DNA of 63,019 nt, filler included, from Octopus bimaculoides (taxonomy: Eukaryota): assembly GCF_001194135.2 (NCBI RefSeq). It is 4 parts of 4 records of this genome, joined end to end, with 100 filler letters (N's around TTAATTAATTAA, not from the genome) between each part and the next. Parts side by side here need not be neighbours in the genome. Positions count along the whole stretch, not along the records: positions 29,022 to 55,007 come from NC_069006.1; 3 more parts are not named here. The stretch is one strand, 5' to 3'. The notes below the pieces were generated by a model. The model did not search any database. It was not told where the DNA came from and saw nothing but the letters and a program-made list of their open reading frames with translations. Numbering within the stretch: position 1 is the stretch's first letter; every line of letters begins with the position of its first letter. This document shows, piece after piece, positions 35,179 through 48,919 of this stretch. Made by a program: the position numbers and the translations under genes.

Positions 35179-37014
35179 TGTATATGTGTGTGCATATGTA
35201 TATAGATATATATACACACACACATTTACATATATATATTTATATATTTACATGTGTCTATATGTATGTGTGTATATATACATATGTAATGTGTGTATAT
35301 TCATCTATGTATATATGTATATGTGTATATGTATACATATATGTGTGTGTATGTTTGTGTGTGTGTGTATTTGTTAATGTTTATCTATGTACAAAATGCG
35401 TTATGTCGCCAAGATATGAAAGATAGAAAAATGGTGAATGAACAACGAGATTGAAAATGTTAAAAAAAAAATTATTTTTGTTTTAAATAACAACAACACC
35501 AAAAAAAAATCAAAGAGGGAATGGTCAGGAATATTGTGGGGGTTGGGGGATACTTCTACTAAAAAAAGGGGTCTCATGTAAAATTCTAAAAAGGCAAGCG
35601 TGACATATATCTTCATTTGAAATGTTCAGGGCTTTTTTTTTTTCCTTTAGATGCATTTTTTTTTTGATATTTCTGGAATTTTCTTTTAAAGACAATAAAA
35701 TGCCTTTATTNNNNNNNNNNNNNNNNNNNNNNNNNNNNNNNNNNNNNNNNNNNNNNNNNNNNNNNNNNNNNNNNNNNNNNNNNNNNNNNNNNNNNNNNNN
35801 NNNNNNNNNNNNNNNNNNNNNNNNNNNNNNNNNNNNNNNNNNNNNNNNNNNNNNNNNNNNNNNNNNNNNNNNNNNNNNNNNNNNNNNNNNNNNNNNNNNN
35901 NNNNNNNNNNNNNNNNNNNNNNNNNNNNNNNNNNNNNNNNNNNNNNNNNNNNNNNTGATATTATTATGATAATAATAATAATTATTATTATTATCATTAT
36001 TAAAAGCAAATGATGTAGTTTGAACAACAAAGTGAGCCTTTTCTGCTTTTTTTTATTATATTTTATATTTATTTATTTTTTTTTTAATTGAAGACAATTT
36101 GTGGTCAGTGATTGAGCAAAAAAAAAAAGTTTTAAAAAACTCCACCCTGCCCCATGATCTGGTTTCTTTTAAAGCTGGTTATATATAAAAAGATGTTTCA
36201 ATGCCAAAAAAAAAAAAATATGATAATTTTTAACAGTTTTTTTTTTATATGATTTTTTTTAAATTATCATTATTATTGTTTTCTGTTCCAACATTTTCCT
36301 CGTTGTACCTGAGTCAAAAAACTTGACATTTTAGGTATTGACAAATGGTCCCTCGGGTGGAAAACCCTCATCATCATCATCATCCTCATCACCATTGTCA
36401 TCATTATTATTATTAATATTATTATTGTTGTTATTATAATTCTTAATTAAGAGGGCAGTGGAGATGGCCAAAACAGTTGAATGCCAGATGAGATATTGTA
36501 ACATATCTAATCTGGAACCTCGCTATTCTAGGTTCCAATCTTGCCAGAGGGTCAACTTTGAAACTTTCATCCTTTTTTGGGGGGCACAGTAGGGAGGAAG
36601 AAAAGGAAGGAAGAAAGGAAGGAAAGAAGGCAGGGACAGATGTATAAAATCCATATCATTGATTTAGGGAAGCTGCTACAATTACTGCCATGAGAAATAA
36701 TACAATATTGATGTCACAAGTCAACAAAGATATTCTAGAGAGAGATGAGAAAATAATAATCTAGGCTAGATTATTGAAATGCTGGATAAATCTTTTAGAT
36801 GATCATCTTCAGTGCCTAATTAACAATTTCGTTTTAATTGCTCTGAGGTCAATTAAGGCTCAGTAACCTGCTGGGGCCAATCAATTAAATTTAAACTCCT
36901 CCACTCAATCTTTTCAAAAAAAAAAAAAAAGAAAAAATTGACTGTGTGGTGGATCAAAATAAACATTGATTAAAGAAAAAAAATGAACACAACTGAGCCA
37001 TGGACAGAATGATA

Positions 37015-37410
37015 GAAAATGGATTTGTAGAAGTGTGCGGTGTTGGGTTTAATAGCGAAATAGAATGAGAGAGCACCATCAACCAGATAAATATTGTGGT
37101 TGAAAAAAGAGACGCATGGAGATGTTACAGAATAGATGATGTAGTTCCCATTCCAGGTGGCTACAAAATGGCTAGCAAAGAACGTGAGAAAATTGGTAAT
37201 TATTTGGTGCTTTAGATGGAAAATTTCAAGAATATGGAACACACAGATTACTAATGTTGGATCAATAGCAATTGGTGCCTTTGGTGCTGTTCCAAACAAG
37301 TGAATAATGCAACGAAGTGCAAAATGAAGCTTATAACATTTGTTTCCTTAAAGAAATCATCAGTTTTTGGAGCTGTTAATAGGTACTCGTGATGGAAAGT
37401 ACATGGTTTG
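37015..37410 (+). mobile_element. Old R4/Dong-clade LINE 3' fragment (restriction-like endonuclease domain), followed by (AAT)n
   Basis: Decayed reading NIVVEKRDAWRCYRID..VPIPG...KEREKIGNY..L*MEISRIWN...IAIGAFGAVP. This parallels the PDIVV..K..C.IIDVAVP.D....KE.EKI.KY..L..EI.RLW...IVIGALG pattern of R4/Dong RLE domains. Confidence 0.65.
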
Positions 37411-37461
37411 TACCAGATTAAAAGCTTAAGCCTTCTTATGAGTGATGATGACAAAGATGAC

Positions 37462-37494
<33 letters not shown>

Positions 37495-38096
37495 TGTTTC
37501 AAATTCTGGCACAAGGCCACCAATTTTGGGGGAGGGGAAAAGTCGATTATATCAACCCCCAGTACTCAACTGGTACTTATTTTATCAACCTCAAGAGGAC
37601 GAAAGGCAAAGTCAGCCTCGGCAGAATTTCAACTCAGAACACCAAGACGGACGAGATGAATAATAATAATAATTGAGTCCCCCATTGTTGACCTGCAGAA
37701 AGTGCAATCCTATATTCTGCAAGGCCCCCTAAGAAACATTCTTGAGGTTTGTGGAGACTTGTCATCACCAAATCTCAAGACAACATTCCTGCTAAAATAG
37801 CATGTCATAGTTTTAGCAGCAGCAGCAGCAGCAGCAGCAGCAATAATGATAATAATAATAATAACAATAATAATTATAATAATAATAATTGTTTCTGATT
37901 TGAGCACAAGGCCAGAAAATTTGAGAGAAGATTAGTCAATAACACAACATTGACACCAGTTTGTCTGGTACTTCATTTTATCGACCCCAAATGGAGGAAA
38001 GGTAAAGTTGACCTCAACAGAATTCGTACCCAGAATATATAGAGCAAGCAGAAATACCACAAAGCATTCTTTCTTATGCCATTATGGTTCTGTTAT

Positions 38097-38130
<34 letters not shown>

Positions 38131-38758
38131 NNNNNNNNNNNNNNNNNNNNNNNNNNNNNNNNNNNNNNNNNNNNNNNNNNNNNNNNNNNNNNNNNNNNNN
38201 NNNNNNNNNNNNNNNNNNNNNNNNNNNNNNNNNNNNNNNNNNNNNNNNNNNNNNNNNNNNNNNNNNNNNNNNNNNNNNNNNNNNNNNNNNNNNNNNNNNN
38301 NNNNNNNNNNNNNNNNNNNNNNNNNNNNNNNNNNAAAAAAAACCAAAACAAAACAAAAACAAAAAAAAGGCTTGTTATTAAATCTATTCTGTCTTTTGAG
38401 TTACCAAAAGTTTCCAGCAGAATATTTGTGCCTGTCTTTAAGGTCTTAAAAATATCACCAGTTCCATGGTTGAAAATCTGGTTTTGTGGTGTGAAGTGGA
38501 TGAGATGCAAAAAGTCAATTGTTTCTCCTTTTTTTATTTATTTTTATTTCCATGAAAATCTCATCAGTCTATCGCCGGTGGTGGTCATGGGTTATTTATT
38601 CCCAGGCAAATGAACTGGGGGGAGACAGGAATCAAATGTACCATCAGAGAAAAAAAAAAAGCAAAAAAAAAAAAGCAAAAAAAGCTATGTAGAATTAAGT
38701 GTGAACTTGAACTCCACTCCCTGTGAGTTAACAGTCTGTGTCTGACCCCTTTAACCAC

Positions 38759-38904
38759 CTGACTATGCTTGCTGTTGTCCCTACCCCTGCTACACCCGAC
38801 AACAACTCTAAGAAAGGAAGAAATAAAGGGCAGCAGATTCCCTCGAGTGACTGGAACTGAATAAGAGATTTGATCCTTCGACCTTTTTACATCATTGGCC
38901 CCCC
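38759..38904 (-). CDS. Candidate 146-nt exon (phase 1-0): GGANDVKRSKDQISYSVPVTRGNLLPFISSFLRVVVGCSRGRDNSKHSQ
   Basis: Acceptor TTGTTATTGCAAG|. Only the phase-1 frame is open, and it matches the phase-1 donor of 41623-41852. The donor CAG|GTGGTT is weak. Confidence 0.35.
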
Positions 38905-39131
38905 CTTGCAATAACAACAACAACAGTATCAACAACAACAATAACAATAACAATCATAATAGTATTAATAATAATAGTAATAATAATAGTAATAATAATA
39001 ACAATGGTTTCTTATATAGGCTCCTGTAGTGAGCAGGTTTATGTCAAAGGGTATGCAGCACTGTTTCACGCTCCTTGCTTTGTAAATTCCACGTAATAAT
39101 AATAATAATGAAAATAATAATAATAATGATG

Positions 39132-39181
<50 letters not shown>

Positions 39182-39448
39182 TCCGAAACTGGAATTGAAA
39201 CAGAGACGGAGTCGTAAACAGTAGCACAGTGCCCTCTATGACAACAACAACAATTATAGTGAGATCATACACAGGCACAACACCTCAGAGTTTATAGAAG
39301 AAGAGCAATAAGTGAGATTGTGTGATTTTCATGTACTTTTTCTTAAGGGCTTTAAGCAATGCAAGTGAAATGGTTGTCTCTAGGAATTGAAACTGGATTA
39401 CAAAGATGATGTTTTTGGTACTTAGCACCGCAACCCCTTTATCATAAA

Positions 39449-39484
<36 letters not shown>

Positions 39485-39946
39485 CTTTTTTTATTATAGG
39501 CACAAGGCCTGAAATTTGGTGGGAGGGGGTAAGTTGATTACATCGACCCCAGTGATCAAGAAGTACTTATTTTATTGAACTCAAAAGAATGGATGGCAAA
39601 GTCAACCTTGGCAGAATTTGGACTCAAAATGTAAAGACAAATAAAATGCTGCTAAGTATTTTTCCCAGCATGCTAACAATTCTGCCAGCTCACTGCTTTA
39701 ATAATAATAATTTCAGAATATGGTACAAGGCCAGCAATTTTGGAGAAGGGGGTGGCTAAGTCGATTAAATCGACCCCCCCCACCCCAGTACTCAACTGGT
39801 ACTTATTTTATTAACTTTGAAAGGATGAAAGGCAGAGTTGACCATGGCAAAATTTGAACTCAGATGAAAGGCTACTAAGCATTTTGCAGGTGCACTAATG
39901 GTTCTGTCAGCTTGCCACCTTAATAATAATAATAATAATAATAATA

Positions 39947-40168
39947 GGGTTCAATACCACCCAATCTGAAAAACATCTGGAAACCTTAGAAATACCCTAC
40001 AATCTAGATGTATTGCAAAAGCCAGCATTACAGGGAACTGCACGAATATTGCGTAAAGTACTGTCTGTCCGAGGTCCTTGTTGTGACTTGACAAACAGTA
40101 CAAACCCTTGGCAAACACAATATCTTCAATCAACAATCTCACGATATTGTATACTGTGTGGCATCTTT
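39947..40168 (+). mobile_element. 5'-truncated R4/Dong-clade LINE 3' end inserted in (AAT)n
   Basis: Reads GSIPPNL(fs)HLETLEIPYNLDVLQKPALQGTARILRKVLSV, the LQKxxLxGTAxILRxVL terminal motif. It is flanked by TAATAATAA on both sides. Confidence 0.8.
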
Positions 40169-40466
40169 AATAATAATGATAATAAATTCTAACAAAGGTG
40201 CAATGCCTGTTGATAGAAGAGACAATTGATTATATTGACCTTAGCATATAACTGGTAGTTTGTCAACCCTTTCAGGGTTGGGGGTAGGGAGGGGATAAGT
40301 CGATTAGATAGACCCCAGTGTCTAACTGGTACTTATTCAATTGACCCCGAAAGGATGAAAAGGAAAGTCAACCTCGGCAGAATTTGAACTCAGAATGTAA
40401 GGACAGACCAAATGCCACTAAGTATCTTGCCAAGCATGCTAATGATTCTGCCAGCTCGCTGCCTTC

Positions 40467-40529
<63 letters not shown>

Positions 40530-40668
40530 GATGATGAATAACAAAATTATTATTTGCATTAATTAAGTCAGTTTTAGTCATATTNNNNNNNNNNNNNNNN
40601 NNNNNNNNNNNNNNNNNNNNNNNNNNNNNNNNNNNNNNNNNNNNNNNNNNNNNNNNNNNNNNNNNNNN

Positions 40669-40703
<35 letters not shown>

Positions 40704-41622
40704 TTAAAAAATTACATAAAGGGACCCTGGAATATTTGGAAATAAACTAAAAAAAAGAGAATTACTTTTTTTCTGATTTTATAACAAGCAGTTATCTTGC
40801 TTGAATATTCTTCTTATAAGGCTGTGGCACAGCTTCTCTAGAAACTATACACATATCCACACACACACACATATATATATGTGTGCATGATGCATTGTGT
40901 TCTTGAGCAAAACACTTCTTTCCATGCTACTCCAGTTCATTCAGCTGGTTGAAGTGAGTAATCTTGCCATCAACCAACATCCTGTTCAAGGGAGAATATA
41001 TCCACCATAGAACCCAGGAAACTGACCCTATGAGTCTCTATAACTTTGTAAGGGTCTTTATCCTATTTTATATATCATCCATACATATAAGATGGTGCTC
41101 CAGCATGACCACAGTTCAATGGTTGAAACTAGTAAAAGGATATTTATACATACAAACACACACACATGTGTATAGATTGCCTGTAGCTAATTCCATGGTT
41201 CCACCTTAATATCCAAGAATCTGGACACAATGACCGTCAATGGGTTTCTGGCTGAAATGTCAGGGCATCGGACAGAATCCTAAATGACATTTCTTCTGGC
41301 ACTCCATGTTCTGAGTTCAAATCCTGTCATGGTCAACATTGCCTTTCATCTTTTTGGGGTTGATAAGATAAAATACCAGTCAATATTAGGGGCTGATGTA
41401 ATCGACTTACCCCCACCCCACTCCACTTAAAAACTGCTGGCTTTGTGCTGAAATTAGAAACACATTATTATTGAATCAAATTCTGCTGGAGTCAGTTTTG
41501 CCTTCCATCTCTTCAAGGTTGATAAAATAAAGTACCAGTTATACTCTGGGGTTGATAATATTGACTAAACCCACCACCTTAAATTAAGAATAATTATTAT
41601 CATTATTATTAAAAATACTCAC

Positions 41623-41852
41623 CTAACCCGTTCGAGCATAACAAAACAGACGTCAAAATGGACAGTGTTTTGTTGCCAATAGTTTCATACAAGTTATTCA
41701 CTACACCATCCGGTGGGTTGGGAGGGAAATGGTTAAACTGAGCGCCAAATCGTAGAATGTTCAGGTGAAACAAAATATTGAAGATGGTTTGTTTGAGTTC
41801 TGACAGAGTTTGGGTTTGTAAAGTCATTTTTGAAAATTTAACAATGGAATTT
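41623..41852 (-). CDS. Likely coding exon (230 nt, phase 2-1) of an unidentified host gene
   Basis: Open frame NSIVKFSKMTLQTQTLSELKQTIFNILFHLNILRFGAQFNHFPPNPPDGVVNNLYETIGNKTLSILTSVLLCSNGL ending at a consensus donor TAG|GTGAGT. High complexity, with several CpGs retained in a CpG-poor block. The acceptor TTTGAAG| is less certain. Confidence 0.7.
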
Positions 41853-43716
41853 CTTCAAATAGTTACTGAGCTAACTGTTATGATGTATGTGTGTGTGTGT
41901 GTATAAATATATATCTATTATCATTTCACTTAGGATATAGCGATACTAATAACCTAGTGTTAGAACTCAATTTACATATGCTTCAGAACAAAGTGTCAGG
42001 CAAGTACAGAGCAGTAATAAGAAATTATGCCACAAACTGCAATTGCTTACAGCTGTTTCTGCTATTATACTTCCTCATATATATATATATATATATATAT
42101 GTTAATCATACAATGTTATATACATTTACATAGACTCACATATGTATGATGCATATATGTTTGTGTGTTTGTTGAATATTGATTATTATTATTATTATCA
42201 TTATTATATTTGTATTTGAGCTCTTGTAACACAAGATATAACGTTTGTTGTTGTTCTCTAGCATTTTCTATCCGTGTTGACTGTTGGAGAAATGAACCAG
42301 TTATTAACTATTTTAATGCCACTTCGTTTCATATACGTGTGTGTGTGTGGGGGGGGGGCTCAAAATTGTACAAAAAATGAAAACAAAAGGCAGAGGTAGG
42401 TGAAGGAACAACAAACAAGTCGGATTAGTTTGATGCTCAGGAAAAATGGAAAGAAGTCTTTGACATTTCGAGCTGATGCTCTTCTACAGAAAGGAATGGG
42501 GGTAAGAAAATGGAGGGAGAGAGGGGGAAAAATGGAGAGAAACAAAACATGCCTGGATTAATGGCTGCATACACTCCTAACACACACACACACACACATA
42601 TAAATATATGTATCCATATACATACATACATACATATGTGTGTGTGTACAAATGCACGTGTATTTGTATTCATGTATGTATATATATGTATGCATACATA
42701 TTGTATGTGTATTTGTGTGTGTGTGTGTGGGGGGTACCTGTTGTATTGTTGTATTGAGTAATAGGGTGGGGGGTCACCTGCTGGATCTCTGCTCTGAAAC
42801 TAGAGTCCATTTGTTAAATTGCCAAAATGCCTTGTTGGGCTTAATTCCAAACCCTATGCAATGTTGTCAGCCCTGAAATATTGCTTATGCTGTTGTTCAT
42901 GTCCCTTTATTTTTACTGTACTCTGTGTGTGTATCTGTGATTATTTATTTTGTTTGTTATTATCTTTCTTCTTCTCCTTATCATCATCATCATCATCATC
43001 ATCATTATTACTTCTGTTATTGCAAAAAAAAAAAAAAATCATATTGTTAGGGTCACTGGTTAAAAATGGAGTAAAATGTGACCAGCCCTTAATCTCGGGT
43101 CAGTGAGTTGCAAACAACAGCAACAACAACAACAACAAAAATAAAGGAAGAAAAGGCACATCAATCAATTGATCAATCAATCAATCAATATGGCAATACA
43201 ACCCCCTCCAACCCCAGCCCCTTCTAAAAGAAGCAAAAAAAGAACATGAAACTGCTCCCTTCAAAAACGAAGACATATAAATCCATGAATAGAGTACTCA
43301 GTCAATATGATTATTATTATTATTATTATTGATTAGCAATAATAAGAAATCACCACCACCACCATCATCATCATCCTTTCATGGTCCCTATAACAAAGAA
43401 CCAGCACATAATAATGTTCTGGGGTTGATGTAATCGACTCAAACGCTCCTTCTAAAAAATTGCTGGCCTTGTGCCAAAATTAGAAAGTATTGCAATTACA
43501 CTTATTAAAGACAGTGAGCAAGGCAGAGTAATTAGTGCGACAGACAAAATGTTTCTCTTTACATTCTGGGTTCAAATCTCATCCCACCAAGGCTGACTTG
43601 GCCCTGCATTCTTCACAGGATTGATAAGATAAAGTACCAGTTAAGTGCTGGGGGTCAATATAATCAACTAACCCCCATCCTGACAAAGTTTAGGCTTTGG
43701 GTTTATAATAGAAAGG

Positions 43717-43754
<38 letters not shown>

Positions 43755-43924
43755 CGTTTCAAAACAATATTTTTAATGCTTTGTTAAGATCAGCTTTAAA
43801 AGAGGGTTTTATGGTTAATTTATTCAGCAGTGTGAGGGGAGTTGAGAGAGGGAAGCCTACAGCAATAAGGTTCCACTAGTAAATGAGGGGAGTAAAAGGC
43901 CGTTAACATTTACTTATATAGAAA

Positions 43925-43975
43925 GGCGGTGCTCCAGCATGGCCGCAGTCAAATGACTGAAACAAGTAAAAGAGT
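43925..43975 (+). mobile_element. Solo 3' tail of SINE-A or its partner LINE
   Basis: GGCGGTGCTCCAGCATGGCCGCAGTCAAATGACTGAAACAAGTAAAAGAG, with no upstream body. Confidence 0.8.
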
Positions 43976-44211
43976 AAGATCAACAACATTCCTTATCTCA
44001 CCTATGTATATATACATGCATGCATATATATATGCATGTAAATATGTATGTATGCATGTATGTACATATGTATGCACGTATGTATGTGTGTATGTATGTA
44101 TGTATATATGCATGTATGTGTGTATGTTTGTATATATGTATGCATGCATGTATGTATGTATGTATATATGTATGCATGCATGTATATCTGTATACATGCA
44201 TGCATGTATGC

Positions 44212-44277
<66 letters not shown>

Positions 44278-44543
44278 ATGCATGTATATATGTATATATG
44301 TATGTATGCATGCATGTATGTGTGTGTGTATGTATGTATTTATGTATGTATGCTAATATTATAGAGTGAGAATGAGTGCTTAACACTGCATTGGTGGATA
44401 AAATATTTTTTCTTTGTGGGGTAACAAGACTACCATTGGTTTCATGCTAAGAGAAATTTTATAATTGCTGAAAAATTACTCTCAGCATGAAACAAATGGT
44501 AGCCTTGTTAATCCACAAATAAAGTGTATGTGTGTGCATGTGC

Positions 44544-44599
<56 letters not shown>

Positions 44600-45419
44600 N
44601 NNNNNNNNNNNNNNNNNNNNNNNNNNNNNNNNNNNNNNNNNNNNNNNNNNNNNNNNNNNNNNNNNNNNNNNNNNNNNNNNNNNNNNNNNNNNNNNNNNNN
44701 NNNNNNNNNNNNNNNNNNNNNNNNNNNNNNNNNNNNNNNNNNNNNNNNNNNNNNNNNNNNNNNNNNNNNNNNNNNNNNNNNNNNNNNNNNNNNNNNNNNN
44801 NNNNNNNNNNNNNNNNNNNNNNNNNNNNNNNNNNNNNNNNNNNNNNNNNNNNNNNNNNNNNNNNNNNNNNNNNNNNNNNNNNNNNNNNNNNNNNNNNNNN
44901 NNNNNNNNNNNNNNNNNNNNNNNNNNNNNNNNNNNNNNNNNNNNNNNNNNNNNNNNNNNNNNNNNNNNNNNNNNNNNNNNNNNNNNNNNNNNNNNNNNNN
45001 NNNNNNNNNNNNNNNNNNNNNNNNNNNNNNNNNNNNNNNNNNNNNNNNNNNNNNNNNNNNNNNNNNNNNNNNNNNNNNNNNNNNNNNNNNNNNNNNNNNN
45101 NNNNNNNNNNNNNNNNNNNNNNNNNNNNNNNNNNNNNNNNNNNNNNNNNNNNNNNNNNNNNNNNNNNNNNNNNNNNNNNNNNNNNNNNNTATATATATAT
45201 ATACATATATATTACACACACATACATCAAACCCCTTTCAGTTTACAGCTATCAAATCAATTATAAGATTTTTGGTTGGTTGGTTGGGTGGTCTAGACTA
45301 CAGAAGGAGACATTTGGCCAAGGGGCTGCATGGTGGGGATTGAACTCAAAATCACATGGATGCAAAACAAAGTGAACTTCTTAACTGCACAACCATGCAT
45401 ACATCTATCTATCTACCTA

Positions 45420-45461
<42 letters not shown>

Positions 45462-45469
45462 GGAAGTTC

Positions 45470-45910
45470 TCCAAACAAAGCTAGACAATAGCATATATTG
45501 CCAGGTTCTTCAATAGCGCCATCCTACTTGTACTGTTGTTATATGCCAGAGAGATGTGGGCTACTATGAAGAGGATTGAACGTTGAATAGCTACAATGCA
45601 AAGAACCACGGTAAGATCCTTGCTAGGAATATCATTATGAAAGCATATTTAAAATGAGATAATTCGAGAAAAGAGTAGAGGGAACAGATGAGAATACTGG
45701 GAGCACAAGCTCTGCCTTACCAGACAAGTCACAAAGTCCACAGACAATAGGTGAACCCTCGCAGTTGCCAAGTGGTGTCTAAAGAACTGGAAAAGGCCAC
45801 TTGAAAGGCCTCCATGATGGTGGGAAGATGATTTAGTCAAGTAATTTGGGTCAAGATGGAAAAGAATGACACATTCAAGACAGAATTGGAAGTGCATTGT
45901 GACCAGAGGT
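45470..45910 (+). mobile_element. Decayed RTE-clade LINE C-terminal fragment
   Basis: FFNSAILLVLLLYAREMWAT...TMQRTTVRSLLGISL*KHI*NEIIREKS...TDNR*T...WKRPLERPP*WWEDDLVK, like the RTE pattern LTYASETW..QRAMER.MLGISL.DHIRNE.IR...DNRW...KRPRGRPP.RW.DD. Confidence 0.75.
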
Positions 45911-46329
45911 GTGTAACAGTATGTGATGGTCTGGTTGATACTGTGATATATGCATGTATATCTGTGTTTGTGTGTGTGTGTGTATTGAAATAGGAGCTTC
46001 CATCTGTCACTCCTTCAAGCTTCCCATTTGTATTATTCACAAGAATAAGAATAGAAAACTCAAAGTAGCAATCATGGAGTAAAGCCACAGCACCACAGAA
46101 ATAAATACTCCACTGCATGAAGTGAAAATTTCCAGATAACATTCCAGAATTGTCTCCCTTGCTTCACTTGATCAGAATTGATTATAAAGATAGCAAATTA
46201 GTTCTTCCCCCCCACCCCCAAACAAATGACATAATTTAGATTAATTAGAATTTCTCTCCTCATTAAATCAGGTTTGTTTGCTCTCACTTTATTAGTATTT
46301 TTGTTTGACAGAAACTATCTTTAGGTAAT

Positions 46330-46385
<56 letters not shown>

Positions 46386-46620
46386 NNNNNNNNNNNNNNN
46401 NNNNNNNNNNNNNNNNNNNNNNNNNNNNNNNNNNNNNNNNNNNNNNNNNNNNNNNNNNNNNNNNNNNNNNNNNNNNNNNNNNNNNNNNNNNNNNNNNNNN
46501 NNNNNNNNNNNNNNNNNNNNNNNNNNNNNNNNNNNNNNNNNNNNNNNNNNNNNNNNNNNNNNNNNNNNNNNNNNNNNNNNNNNNNNNNNNNNNNNNNNNN
46601 NNNNNNNNNNNNNNNNNNNN

Positions 46621-46660
<40 letters not shown>

Positions 46661-48160
46661 TGGCCTGTTAATAATGATGTGTACACACATATATATATAT
46701 ATATATAAGCATGTATAAATACATGTGTGTGTGTGCATATAAGAATATACATGTACACACATAAATACATGTCGCTCAACCGCCTTACAATAAGGGTTTC
46801 ACACTCTGAGCGGAGGAAGAAAACAGTTTCCATTGGTCCCTGTGCTCAACTGGTATTTATTCATTTGACCCTGAATGGGTGTGGAAGGTAAAGTCGACCT
46901 CAGTAGTATTTGAACACAGAATGTAAAACGCTGGGTGAAATTCCCCTAAACATTTTGATTTTTCTGTCTAACACACTAATACTTCTGTCAACTCACTGCC
47001 TTAATAATAATAATAATAATAATGATAATAATGATAATGATAATAATAATCTTTTCTACAATAGGCACAAGGCCTCAAATATTTGGGCAGGAGGTAAGTC
47101 GATTTCACGGACCCCTAGTACTCAACTAATGCTTATTTTACTGACCCCAAAAGGACAAAAGGCAAAACCAACCTTGGCAAAATTTGAACCCAGAACATAA
47201 AGATAGAGGAAATGCCAGAGAGAATTTTGTCCTGTGTGCTAACCGTTCTGCCATCTAGCCACATTAATAATAATAATAAGAATAATTATTATAATAATAA
47301 ATAATAATAGTGATGATGATGATGGTGACAATTATGGCGATGATGATGATGATGAAAGATAGAGCACCATTTAGAAGAATGACAACAAGAATGTTAGTAG
47401 TAGTTGTGGTGGTGGTAGTAGTAAGGATTTCTTAAATGTTTACAAAGTCCCTTCTCCCCATTTTAGGGTCTCTGTAAAGCAGAATATAACTCCCAGAACA
47501 TTACAGTTAGTTAGTAAATAATGAACTGTGAAGAATGCCTTACCCCTTAGTTATAATCTTTTATGATCTGAGTTCAAATCCTGCTGAGGGTGACTTTACC
47601 TTTCATCTTTCTGCAAGTCAATATTTTATTAACTGCAATCTTACAATGCGGCCAAAAATACTCGCCATTCTTTCACATTCTCTGAGTAAGGGGAAACTCA
47701 TCCTGTCTCTAAAAACAAACACTAAATTAATGAACTTGCCTGCTAGTTCAACCACCTACTTTGAAGATATCCAAGTGTAGGAAAGAATGAGAGGGAGGGA
47801 AAAGAGGGAAAGAGTGGAAATAATTTATTGGCGGACAATTCTGTTCAACAGACAGTTGATAAAGGACATTATTTTCTCCAGTTCTGCCAATCTACCTGTC
47901 CTAGGGTTAAAGATTATAACGAGTAAATAGATGTTAAGGAAATACCAAAAGAGAATTTAAAGATTGTTAGAGTTATTGTTTAATGGGCCTGGTCAGTATC
48001 CCTGAGCCTTCAAAGAGTCTGTCTGTCTCTCTTTTAACTTAGACCCAAAAGATTAACAAGATATAAACATTTATTGATTAATTAATATTTGTGTAATGAT
48101 CTCTCCTCTTATGAACATAAAACCATTTATTTAATGAATATTCATATTTTGTTAACTCAC

Positions 48161-48233
48161 AGATACTTGCAACAGATTGACTGTGTCCTATCCAGGAGTG
48201 GAATTCTCTCTCAATAGAATAACTTCTTGAAAA
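48161..48233 (-). CDS. Candidate 73-nt exon FSRSYSIEREFHSWIGHSQSVASI
   Basis: Acceptor CAATTTCAG| and donor T|GTGAGT; only one frame is open. Confidence 0.3.
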
Positions 48234-48800
48234 CTGAAATTGTTTAATGGATGAAGTCAGTGAGAAATAAGCAAATGGATTGGTGTGGCAGTTTGTAGAC
48301 ATGTTAATCCATCAGAGAAAAAAATACCCAAATTCTGTTCACAGAGAGATTTTTTAATGTATTGCTATTTATAGTGTCTACAAACTAGGACTCAGCTCAA
48401 CTGGTCAGCCTAATTTGCATAAAAGTACATCCATTGACAAGTATCAATTAACTCATAGTGCACCGGAGTGTTTTTTTTTTTGGGTTTTTTGGATAAAGTG
48501 AAATGAAAATTATACCTTGTTTTAATAAACAAACGATTTTAGCCTCATTGCAAAACAAAATAATTAAATTATAGATTTTAGTTTTCTGCGTACAGAAAAC
48601 ACAAGACTAGAAACCAGTTACATCAATTCCATTCTTCCTACCCTGACATGTAACCACTTGGTTATTACCCATTAAAACACTGCATAGTGCACGATGAATA
48701 AACCAAACCCCATTCTCTGCACATGCACTATGATGCAAGACAGACAGGTCAGCTTTGTTACATTCTAGTTTCTGTACATTATAACATAGCAATAAGTTAC

Positions 48801-48919
48801 AAATCTCTTCATGGACGCTTGTTGGCTATTTTGCCTCTGAGAAATATCTAACAAAACTGGAATTGGTTTAGAAGGGTCCAGTTCTGTCAGCCCCTCGTCC
48901 AGGACAGATACAAATTCTA
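48801..48919 (-). CDS. Candidate exon EFVSVLDEGLTELDPSKPIPVLLDISQRQNSQQASMKRF (or a terminal exon running to the stop at 48765)
   Basis: Protein-like open frame after TGTTCCCAG|. The donor TTT|GTAACT is weak. Confidence 0.35.

Larger units (their letters stand above)
37493..40465 (-). mobile_element. Run of 5-6 CpG-decayed minus-strand SINE-B copies embedded in (AAT)n tracts
   Basis: Copies at about 37493-37655, 37885-38070, 39495-39700, 39715-39920 and 40190-40465, each next to AAT microsatellite. Confidence 0.85.

Noticed and set aside
37493-40465. SINE-B mobilised by the R4/Dong LINE
   Set aside because: I saw no shared 3' sequence, and the two elements occupy the microsatellite in opposite sense orientations.
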